Assembly (NCBI GenBank): GCA_963713685.1
Contig: CAVQMS010000001.1
Span: 511,203 to 575,202 of the forward strand
DNA length: 64,000 nucleotides
DNA from: Vulcanimicrobiota bacterium
GTDB lineage: Bacteria > Vulcanimicrobiota > Vulcanimicrobiia > Vulcanimicrobiales > Vulcanimicrobiaceae
Direction of reading: 5' to 3'
This document shows positions 10,363-18,119 of this stretch, one piece after another; position 1 is the stretch's first letter, and the number at the start of each line of letters is the position of its first letter. The notes under the pieces were generated by a model. That model worked only from the letters and a program-made list of their open reading frames with translations, made no database searches and was not told the origin of the DNA. A program made the translations under genes and the position numbers.

Positions 10363-10989
10363 ATGAGACGCATCCCGCGTTTGCTGGTGATAGCGTTTGC
10401 GCTCTCGCTGCTGCTGCACCTCATCCTCGCGCTCGTCCTTCGCCCGACAACACCGACGACGCAAAGCCAAGCTGAGTTCGTCTCGATCGAGCATCGCCCC
10501 GCGACAATCGCGGTAACGAGGCTGCCGCCTCCGCCACCCCGTCCGAAGCGAACGCCGGCGCCGCTGGCGCCAAGTTCGGCTCCGCCGCGAGCGCGCAAAG
10601 GCCTCGCGGCACCGCCCGGCCCGGCGTCCGGCGCCGCTTCCGTCGCCCAAACGCCGGCCGTAGCTTCGCCCACACCCGCACCGGCGGCGGTCGCCAACGC
10701 CGCATGCACGCAGCCCAACGCCGCTGCGGCTGTGGCTTCGTCACCCTCGCCACCCGACATCACGCCGGACGCGCGCACGGCCGGCACGAACGGCGTCGCG
10801 TTGGTAAAAGTACAGCTCGATCCGGCCGGACAAGTGACGAATGCAGGGGTGATGCAGAGCACCGGCAACTCATCGCTCGACCTCGCTGCGGTAACGATGG
10901 CACGCGACGTGCATTATTCGCCCGCATTGCACGACTGCAAACCCGTTGCCGGTGAATACACCTATAGTGTAAAGTTTGTCGCGTGGTAA
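10363..10989 (+). CDS. tonB: TonB family energy transducer (copy 2)
   Basis: TM helix with SxxxH (SLLLH). Pro/Ala-rich linker. TonB_C domain GVALVKVQLDPAGQVTNAGVMQSTGNSSLDLAAV. Confidence 0.85.
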   Translation: MRRIPRLLVIAFALSLLLHLILALVLRPTTPTTQSQAEFVSIEHRPATIAVTRLPPPPPRPKRTPAPLAPSSAPPRARKGLAAPPGPASGAASVAQTPAVASPTPAPAAVANAACTQPNAAAAVASSPSPPDITPDARTAGTNGVALVKVQLDPAGQVTNAGVMQSTGNSSLDLAAVTMARDVHYSPALHDCKPVAGEYTYSVKFVAW

Positions 10990-11007
10990 ACTGGTGGCGC
11001 TAAAGCC

Positions 11008-11868
11008 GTGACCTTCTTTCAAGCGTTGGTACTCGCGCTGCTGCAAGGCGTGAGCGAGCTCTTCCCGGTTTCCAGTCTCGGTCACACGATTCTCGTTCCG
11101 GCTTTGCTCGGATGGCACAATATCGATCGCACGAGTGCCCCATTTCTTGCGTTCGTCGTCGTGCTGCATCTCGGCACGGCGCTGGCCCTCATCGTATTCT
11201 ATCGCGAGCAGTGGTATGCGATCGTGCGCGCGCTCGTTGGGAGCCTCGTGCGCGGCCGTTTGAGCGACGATCGCGACGAACGCATCGGGTGGCGACTTGT
11301 GGTTGCAACGATCCCGGTGGGCATCCTCGGTTTTGTCTTCGAGGTTCCGGTGCGCCACCTATTCGGCTCGCCCGCGCCGGCCGCGGCGTTCCTGGTGATC
11401 AACGGCTTGATGATGTTTGCGGGCGAAGCGCTGCGCCGGCGCCAGCGCCGAGCCGTCGGACGAACCGATAAACCGATCGAGCGGTTGAGCTACGGCGCGA
11501 GCCTTTCGATCGGCGCCGCGCAAGCGCTCGCGCTGCTGCCCGGGATCTCGCGATCGGGGATCTCGATCGTGGCGGGACTTCTCTGCGATCTCGATCACGA
11601 AGACGCGGCCCGCTACTCGTTTCTGCTCGCGACGCCGGTCATTCTGGCGGCCGCCCTGCTCGAGACGCCGAAGCTCTTCGCGCCGGCCGCGCACGTCGTG
11701 CTCCTGCAGGCCGTCGCCGGCGGAATTGCGGCGGGCATCGCCGCATATCTATCGGTGGCGTTCTTAACGCGGTATTTTCGCTCGAACGACCTGCGCCCGT
11801 TCGGTTGGTACTGTGTTGTCGTGGGCGCAATCTGCCTCATCTTAGCACGCAAGGGAATTATTACATGA
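11008..11868 (+). CDS. uppP: undecaprenyl-diphosphate phosphatase
   Basis: LLQGVSELFPVSSLGH and LLPGISRSG motifs in a polytopic membrane protein. GTG start. Confidence 0.92.
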   Translation: MTFFQALVLALLQGVSELFPVSSLGHTILVPALLGWHNIDRTSAPFLAFVVVLHLGTALALIVFYREQWYAIVRALVGSLVRGRLSDDRDERIGWRLVVATIPVGILGFVFEVPVRHLFGSPAPAAAFLVINGLMMFAGEALRRRQRRAVGRTDKPIERLSYGASLSIGAAQALALLPGISRSGISIVAGLLCDLDHEDAARYSFLLATPVILAAALLETPKLFAPAAHVVLLQAVAGGIAAGIAAYLSVAFLTRYFRSNDLRPFGWYCVVVGAICLILARKGIIT

Positions 11869-12053
11869 GAATCATTGCGATCGCTTTAGCCGTCGTATTT
11901 TTCGTCCTGGGCATTCTTTACGGCATGGGGAAAATCGACTTCTTCACGGAATCGGGCAAGCAGCACTCCCACCACATCACGCATCTCGTGATTCTCTGGG
12001 TACTGTCGCTGCTCTGCCTCATCTGGGCCCGATTTCAAAGCGCACCGCGATGA
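11865..12053 (+). CDS. small membrane protein (62 aa, two hydrophobic helices)
   Basis: The ATG at 11865 overlaps the uppP stop (ATGA), and its own stop overlaps the moaC start. Sequence MRIIAIALAVVFFVLGILYG...HLVILWVLSLLCLIW. No homology recognised. Confidence 0.55.
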   Translation: MRIIAIALAVVFFVLGILYGMGKIDFFTESGKQHSHHITHLVILWVLSLLCLIWARFQSAPR

Positions 12054-12526
12054 AGGCGTCCCATATCGCCGACGACGGGAGCATCACGATGGTGGACATC
12101 TCAGGCAAGGATACCACCGACCGGAGCGCCTCCGCGGAAGCGGTGATTCGCATGAACGCCGCCGCGCAAGCCGCGCTACGGGACGGAAGCCTGCCCAAGG
12201 GCGACGCGCTCGTTGCGGCTCAAGTAGCCGGGATCATGGCGGCAAAGCAGACGGCGACGCTCATTCCGCTCGCGCATTCGCTGCCGCTCAGCAGCGTTGA
12301 CGTGCGCTTCGAATGGAGTAGCGACGGTGCATTGCACGTCCAGACGCAAGCGCGCACGTCCGCTCGAACGGGCGTCGAGCTGGAAGCGATGGTAGCCGCC
12401 TCGATCGCCGCGTTGACGATCTACGATATGGCCAAGGCGCTCGATAAGGGCATCACCATCGAGTCGCTCCGTCTGCTCGGGAAGAGCGGCGGCAAAACGG
12501 GTCCGTGGTCCCGAGATGAGCTTTAA
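12050..12526 (+). CDS. moaC: cyclic pyranopterin monophosphate synthase MoaC
   Basis: MVDISGKDTTDRSA, TLIPLAHSLPL and TGVELEAM motifs. 158 aa. Confidence 0.92.
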   Translation: MKASHIADDGSITMVDISGKDTTDRSASAEAVIRMNAAAQAALRDGSLPKGDALVAAQVAGIMAAKQTATLIPLAHSLPLSSVDVRFEWSSDGALHVQTQARTSARTGVELEAMVAASIAALTIYDMAKALDKGITIESLRLLGKSGGKTGPWSRDEL

Positions 12527-12998
12527 CGTCGCGCTGATCGTGCTCTCGGATCGGGCCGCTTCCGGGGAGCGTTCCGACGCCTGCATCCCGGTGATGAAGG
12601 AGCGCCTCGGCGGCGCCTATTCGATCGTGCGGGAAAGCATCATTGGGGATGACCCTGCGTTGCTGCAGGCTCAACTGATCGAGCTTGCGGATTCACGCAC
12701 GGCGGATCTGGTGCTGACCAGCGGCGGAACGGGGCTGTCAACGCGCGATCGCACTCCCCAAGCGACGGCCGCAGTCCTGGATTACGAGGTGCCCGGAATC
12801 GCCGAGGCGATGCGCGCCGCGTCGCTTCTCCACACCAAGACGGCAATGCTCTCACGAGCGCTGGCGGGAGTTCGCGATCGCACGCTCATCATCAATCTTC
12901 CCGGGAGCCCGAAGGCGGTTGCGGAAACGTTGGACGTCGTTCTTTCGACGCTCCCCCACGCGCTCGAGCTCCTTGCCGATCGACCCGTGGACGGATGA
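12516..12998 (+). CDS. moaB: MoaB/MogA family molybdenum cofactor biosynthesis protein
   Basis: VALIVLSDRAASGERSD and LVLTSGGTGLSTRDRTP motifs. 160 aa. Confidence 0.88.
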   Translation: MSFNVALIVLSDRAASGERSDACIPVMKERLGGAYSIVRESIIGDDPALLQAQLIELADSRTADLVLTSGGTGLSTRDRTPQATAAVLDYEVPGIAEAMRAASLLHTKTAMLSRALAGVRDRTLIINLPGSPKAVAETLDVVLSTLPHALELLADRPVDG

Positions 12999-14263
12999 AG
13001 CGAATCCCGAGCTACGCGGAGGCACAAGCCTATCTGCTGGGGACGATCGACGAAACCGTCTCTCGGCGCACGTCGTATAAGCTCGATCGTATGCGCGTCT
13101 TTCTCCGCGAGCTGGGCGATCCGCATCGCGCGTATCCGACGATCCACGTCGGCGGCACGAGCGGCAAAGGCTCGACCTGCACGATGATCGCCGGCGCGTT
13201 GCAGGCGGCGGGCAAACGGACCGGGCTGCATACGAAGCCGCACCTGCATGCCATGACGGAGCGCGCGCGCATCGACGGCGCGCCCATCGGGCCCGAACGC
13301 TTCGCAGCGTTATTGGACGCGATGATGCCGGCCATCGAGCGAACCGTCGTGCAGTGCGGGCGTCCGACGTACTACGAAACGCTCCTCGGGCTGGCATTCA
13401 AATACTTCGCCGACGAACGCGCGGACGTCGCCGTGATCGAAGTGGGATTGGGTGGACGGCTCGACGGCACGAACGTCATCGAGCCGGTCGTCGCCGCGAT
13501 TACGTCGATTGGTTACGACCACACCGACGTGCTGGGAACCACGCTCGAAGCGATTGCGTTCGAGAAAGCCGGCATCGCAAAGCCCGGAGTGCCGCTGGTT
13601 CTGGCTTCCGTACCGCCGGCGGCGCGAGCGGTCGTCGAACGCTACGCGGGCGAAGTTGGCGCGCCGATCGTGTACGTTTCCGACGCGGCACGGCGTAGCG
13701 CTGCGCAGCTTTCGTTGCAAGTGATCGGCATCTTCCAGCGCGAGAACGCCGCGACCGCAGTGACGGTTCTCGAACAGCTCGGCGGCGAGCTGCGTCCGAG
13801 CCGCGACGAAGTCGCGCGAGCGTTCGGTGAGGTCGCTCTGCCCGGAAGAATGGAGCTTTTTTCCGGGCACCCCAGCGTCGTTTTCGATATCGCGCACAAT
13901 ATCGAAAAAGCCGCGTCCCTCGTCGCCTCGCTGCGTGAAACGTTTCCGGCGCGCCGGATTCACTACGTCGTCGCGATCGGTGAAAGTAAGGACGCTCGGC
14001 GGATTCTGGAGATCCTCGCTGGCCTGCCTTCGACGTTCACGTTCACCTCATTTGCGGCAACCGGGCGGAGAGCGATCCGCCCGCAACGATTGGCGACCAT
14101 CGCGCAATCGTTCGGCGGGTGGGGCCGTGCGATTTCGGATCCCGCCGAGGCTTTGACCGTTGCACGACGCTTGGCGGCCGTGGACGACGTCGTCGTCGTA
14201 ACGGGGTCCACTTTCGTGGTTGCAGGATTGCGCGAATGGTACGTGCCGGCGGCGGTATCCTGA
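12995..14263 (+). CDS. folC: bifunctional folylpolyglutamate synthase / dihydrofolate synthase
   Basis: Mur-ligase P-loop IHVGGTSGKGST. Also IEVGLGGRLDGTNV and ITSIGYDHT. Confidence 0.92.
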   Translation: MKRIPSYAEAQAYLLGTIDETVSRRTSYKLDRMRVFLRELGDPHRAYPTIHVGGTSGKGSTCTMIAGALQAAGKRTGLHTKPHLHAMTERARIDGAPIGPERFAALLDAMMPAIERTVVQCGRPTYYETLLGLAFKYFADERADVAVIEVGLGGRLDGTNVIEPVVAAITSIGYDHTDVLGTTLEAIAFEKAGIAKPGVPLVLASVPPAARAVVERYAGEVGAPIVYVSDAARRSAAQLSLQVIGIFQRENAATAVTVLEQLGGELRPSRDEVARAFGEVALPGRMELFSGHPSVVFDIAHNIEKAASLVASLRETFPARRIHYVVAIGESKDARRILEILAGLPSTFTFTSFAATGRRAIRPQRLATIAQSFGGWGRAISDPAEALTVARRLAAVDDVVVVTGSTFVVAGLREWYVPAAVS

Positions 14264-14319
14264 GGGGCTCCCTCGAGCTGCGTGGCGGCCGCCTCCGCTG
14301 GGGCGCCCGCACCTATATT

Positions 14320-15099
14320 ATGGCGATCGTCAACGTCACTCCGGACTCGTTTTCGGGCGACGGTCTGGAAGATGCAGAAGCCGCGAGCGCACGCGCGACC
14401 GCGCAGTGGGGCGAGCACGCCGATATCTTGGACATCGGCGGCGAATCAACGCGGCCGGGGTATCGGCCGATCGACGACTCGGTCGAAATCGAACGCGTCA
14501 TCCCCGTGATAAAAACCGTGCGGCACGGCCTCCCGCAAGCACCGATCTCTGTGGACACGTATAAGCCGGCGGTCGCGCGCGCCGCCGCGGCTGCGGGAGC
14601 CGATCTGGTCAACTCGGTTTGGGGCGTTTCGGATCCGCTGTTGGACGTCGTTGCCGAGCTGGACATGCCGATCGTGGCGATGCACAATCAATCCGGCACC
14701 GTCTACGATGGCCCAGTCGAGGATGTGGTGTTGCGCTACCTCGACGACTGCGCGCGGCGAGCGACCTCACGCGGCATCCGGCCGGAACGGATTATCCTGG
14801 ATCCCGGAATCGGCTTCGGTAAGACCGCCGATCAGAACCTCGCCGTACTTCGAGCGTTGCACCGGCTCGTTGCTCTGGGCTTCCCAACGATGCTCGGGAC
14901 TTCGCGAAAGTCGACCATCGGAAAGCTGACCGGACGCGAGCCCGCGGATCGCATCTATGGAACCGTAGCCAGTACGGCGCTCGCCGTGCAGGCGGGCATC
15001 GATATCGTTCGCGTGCACGACGTTATCGCAGCGCGGGACGCGGTGGCTGTTGCGGATGCGATCGTGCGCGACTGGAGGCCGACGGGATGGATCGGATAA
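14320..15099 (+). CDS. folP: dihydropteroate synthase
   Basis: IVNVTPDSFSGDG, DIGGESTRPG, SVDTYK, ILDPGIGFGK, GTSRKS and RVHDV motifs. The ATG at 14320 is the first canonical start after the folC stop. The real start may be a non-ATG codon about 40 nt upstream. Confidence 0.9.
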   Translation: MAIVNVTPDSFSGDGLEDAEAASARATAQWGEHADILDIGGESTRPGYRPIDDSVEIERVIPVIKTVRHGLPQAPISVDTYKPAVARAAAAAGADLVNSVWGVSDPLLDVVAELDMPIVAMHNQSGTVYDGPVEDVVLRYLDDCARRATSRGIRPERIILDPGIGFGKTADQNLAVLRALHRLVALGFPTMLGTSRKSTIGKLTGREPADRIYGTVASTALAVQAGIDIVRVHDVIAARDAVAVADAIVRDWRPTGWIG

Positions 15100-15452
15100 G
15101 CCTGCGCGGCATTCGCGCATACGGTCGTCACGGTTACGAGGCGGCTGAGCGAGCGCGCGCGCAGCCGCTGGATATCGAGATCGGCGCACAAATCGATCTT
15201 ACGGCCGCAGCCCGGAGCGATGAGCTTGCCGACACCTTAGACTACGCTGCCTTACATGCGCGAGTCGTCGACGTCGTTGCGAACACGTCGTACGCGTTGC
15301 TCGAGCGTCTCGCAGCCGACCTGCTCCGCGCGGTCTTCGAGGACCGGAGAGTCGTGCGCGCCGAAGTTACCATAGCAAAGCCCGCCATTCTAGATGGCGC
15401 GACGGCGTCGGTAACGCTGGAGCGTGCTAACCCCGCTCACGAGGGGCGATGA
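15087..15452 (+). CDS. folB: dihydroneopterin aldolase
   Basis: ISLRGIRAYGRHGYEAAERARAQPLDIEI and DTLDYAAL motifs. 121 aa. Confidence 0.9.
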   Translation: MDRISLRGIRAYGRHGYEAAERARAQPLDIEIGAQIDLTAAARSDELADTLDYAALHARVVDVVANTSYALLERLAADLLRAVFEDRRVVRAEVTIAKPAILDGATASVTLERANPAHEGR

Positions 15453-16366
15453 GCGCACACCAAGCGTACGTGGGAATAGGTACGAATCTCGGCGACCGCG
15501 TTCGAAATGTCGAACGAGCCTTTGCAGCGGTCGGTCAATTAGGGACGGTCCTGCGCAAGTCCTCGATTTATCGCACGAAACCTTGGGGTAATACGCGGCA
15601 ACCTTGGTTCGCCAATGCCGCGGTTTTGGTCGAGACGGAACTCTCACCGCGCGCTTTACTCAACGGGCTGCAGGCGGCTGAAAAGAATCTCGGGCGCACG
15701 CCGAGCGAACGTTGGGGCCCGCGCGAGATCGATCTCGACCTCTTGCTCTACGACAATCTGGAGATCGACGAGCCGGACCTGCGCTTACCCCATGCGCGTC
15801 TCCACGAGCGCGCCTTCGTATTGGTTCCGCTGGCGCAAATCGATGCGCGCTTCGAAACGATGCGCGACGCGTTACCCATTGCCGAACTCGCGGGCGTCGT
15901 GCCTTGCGAAGGAGCCAGGTCCGACGGTTCTTTAGGCGAAAGCGTGTCGCCGATGTTCCCACGACTTAGTCATTCTGCTGGAGAGCGGGTGCGTGCGCTC
16001 GCGCGCTTTCTCGCTGAAAGCGATGTCGTTCGAGTGCGAATCGAGCGTCCGAATGACGAAATCGAAGTCGTCTCCCGGGTTGGTGCGAGCACCTCGTCAC
16101 GATCGACCGGCAAAGAACCAACGGAGACGGCCGCTCCGCGAATCGATACGATCAAAGCGGATCTCGTCGGAGTCTTTCACGCGAGCCGGCCCGCGCCGCT
16201 GGAAGGCGACGTCTTCGAATCGGATCGAGAGCTCGGTTATATCGAAGCACTTGGCATTCGCACGCCCGTTCACAGCATGGGTTCGGGCCGATTGGTTGCG
16301 GTGGCGACCGCCGACGGATCTCCAGTGGAGTACGGCCAGCCGCTGTTCTTGGTGGCGCGTGCGTAG
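15449..16366 (+). CDS. folK: HPPK (FolK) continuous in frame with an AccB/BCCP-like domain lacking the biotinyl-lysine
   Basis: Residues 1-165 are HPPK (AYVGIGTNLGDR, IYRTKPWG, REIDLDLLLYD, LPHARLHERAFVLVPL). Residues about 170-305 align by eye with BCCP: the N-domain VRALARFLAESDVVRVRIERPNDEIEVV and the C-domain IKADLVGVFHAS...YIEALGIRTPVHSMGSGRLVAVATADGSPVEYGQPLFLV. No stop codon separates the two parts. Internal in-frame GTG 15944 and ATG 15953 could give a separate product. Confidence 0.8.
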   Translation: MSAHQAYVGIGTNLGDRVRNVERAFAAVGQLGTVLRKSSIYRTKPWGNTRQPWFANAAVLVETELSPRALLNGLQAAEKNLGRTPSERWGPREIDLDLLLYDNLEIDEPDLRLPHARLHERAFVLVPLAQIDARFETMRDALPIAELAGVVPCEGARSDGSLGESVSPMFPRLSHSAGERVRALARFLAESDVVRVRIERPNDEIEVVSRVGASTSSRSTGKEPTETAAPRIDTIKADLVGVFHASRPAPLEGDVFESDRELGYIEALGIRTPVHSMGSGRLVAVATADGSPVEYGQPLFLVARA

Positions 16367-16377
16367 GGCGCTCTAGC

Positions 16378-17721
16378 TTGTTTCGAAAAGTTTTGATCGC
16401 GAATCGTGGCGAGATCGCGCTGCGTATCAATCGAGCTTGCCGTGAGCTCGGCGTGGCCACCGTGGCGATTTTTTCCGAAGCCGACCGCGATTCTATGCAC
16501 GTTCGGCAGGCGGATGAGGCCTTTTGTGTAGGGCCGGGACCGGCGGCGCGTTCCTATCTGAACATTCCCAACATCATTTCGACCGCGCTCATCACCGGTT
16601 GCGATGCGCTCCATCCCGGCTACGGCTTTTTGGCGGAAAACGCGCGCTTCGCGGAAATCTGCAACGATCACGGCCTGACGTTCATCGGGCCTAAGCCGAG
16701 CGTCATCGCGATGATGGGCGATAAGGCGACGGCGAAGCGCGTCGTGCGTGAGGCGGGCGTCGCTACCACGCCGGGCAGCGACGTTCTGGCTTCGGTGCAG
16801 GAGGCGCAAGCGGCGGCGGCTTCAATCGGTTATCCAGTGTTGCTCAAGGCGACGGCCGGCGGCGGCGGCAGAGGCATGCGCGTCGTTCACGATTCAGCCG
16901 ATTTGCCGCGAGCGTATGCGGGGGCGACGGCCGAAGCCGAAGCCAGCTTCAAAGACGGTCGCGTCTACCTCGAGAAATTGATTCTCGCACCGCGACATAT
17001 CGAAGTGCAAGTGCTGGGTGACGAGTTTGGGAATCTGGTCCACCTCGGTGAACGCGATTGTTCCGTGCAGAAACCGTCGCATCAGAAGATCATCGAAGAA
17101 ACGCCGGCACCCAACCTGGCCTCCGACACGCGCGCGGCACTGCACGAAATGGCGTTGCGGGCTTCTCGCCGCGTCGGGTATACCAACGCCGGAACGCTCG
17201 AATTTCTCACCCTCGGCCGCGACGCGTACTTCATGGAGATGAATACGCGGATTCAGGTAGAGCATCCGGTGACCGAGATGGTGTACAACATCGATCTCGT
17301 CAAGGAGCAGATTCGCATCGCCGCCGGCGAGCCGCTGGGATATGCCCAGAAGGACCTCGTCGCGCGCGGCCACGCCATCGAGTGCCGCATCAATGCCGAG
17401 GACCCGCAGAATCACTTTGCGCCCGCGGCGGGGACCGTCTCAAAGGTCGTTTTTCCGGGCGGTCCGGGCATTCGCGTCGATACCCATCTCTACGCCGGTG
17501 CGACGATTCCGCCGTATTACGATTCGATGATCGCCAAGGTCGTCGCATTCGGCGACACACGCGAGATAGCCATCGCACGGATGGAGCGCGCCTTGCGCGA
17601 GACGCTGATCGAGGGCGTGAACACCACCATCGCGCTCTGTCTGGAAGTTCTCTCGACTGCCGAGTTCCGCGAAGGGCGCTACGACATCGAGCTGTTGCTC
17701 AAGGAACCCTCGCGGTCGTGA
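16378..17721 (+). CDS. accC: acetyl-CoA carboxylase biotin carboxylase subunit
   Basis: KVLIANRGEIALRI, GYPVLLKATAGGGGRGMR and EMNTRIQVEHPVTE motifs. TTG start at 16378. Confidence 0.96.
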   Translation: MFRKVLIANRGEIALRINRACRELGVATVAIFSEADRDSMHVRQADEAFCVGPGPAARSYLNIPNIISTALITGCDALHPGYGFLAENARFAEICNDHGLTFIGPKPSVIAMMGDKATAKRVVREAGVATTPGSDVLASVQEAQAAAASIGYPVLLKATAGGGGRGMRVVHDSADLPRAYAGATAEAEASFKDGRVYLEKLILAPRHIEVQVLGDEFGNLVHLGERDCSVQKPSHQKIIEETPAPNLASDTRAALHEMALRASRRVGYTNAGTLEFLTLGRDAYFMEMNTRIQVEHPVTEMVYNIDLVKEQIRIAAGEPLGYAQKDLVARGHAIECRINAEDPQNHFAPAAGTVSKVVFPGGPGIRVDTHLYAGATIPPYYDSMIAKVVAFGDTREIAIARMERALRETLIEGVNTTIALCLEVLSTAEFREGRYDIELLLKEPSRS

Positions 17722-18119
17722 GCTCGCGCCGCGCCGCTCGCGAGCAAGCCCTACAGGTTCTCTATTCGGTCGTCGTGGGCTCTCGCGAGCCGCACGAGGC
17801 GCTGCGCGAAGTCGTCGGCGAGGATGCCGATGGGCCACAGCGCGCCTTCGTCGAGGAACTGGCGCTGGGCACGCTCGAATACGCATCCAGCGCCGACCGC
17901 ATCGTTGGTCCTCTTTTAGAAGGCTGGGCGATCGAGCGCCTGCCGACGATCGATCGATTGCTCTTAGAGATGGCTACATTCGAACTGCACTGCCGCCCCG
18001 AAACGCCGACTGCAGTAGCGATCAACGAAGCGGTCGCGCTAGCAAAGCGTTTTTCAACCGAGGACTCCGGGCGTTTCGTGAACGGAGTGCTCAGTGCCGT
18101 CGCCAATGCCAAGACGTAA
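17718..18119 (+). CDS. nusB: transcription antitermination factor NusB
   Basis: GTG 17718 overlaps the accC stop (GTGA). RAAREQALQVLYSV and VAINEAVALAKRFSTEDSGRFVNGVL motifs. Only the 3' part of listed ORF 17058..18119 is genuine. Confidence 0.9.
   Translation: MSSRRAAREQALQVLYSVVVGSREPHEALREVVGEDADGPQRAFVEELALGTLEYASSADRIVGPLLEGWAIERLPTIDRLLLEMATFELHCRPETPTAVAINEAVALAKRFSTEDSGRFVNGVLSAVANAKT

Noticed and set aside
17058-17717. 5' two-thirds of listed ORF 17058..18119 (353 aa). Similar long N-terminal extensions occur on ORFs 35814, 42915, 44634, 45862, 51082, 54906, 57201, 60003 and 60539.
   Set aside because: These portions lie out of frame inside well-supported upstream genes and translate to Arg-rich sequence. 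Homology begins only at internal start codons that abut or overlap the upstream stop.
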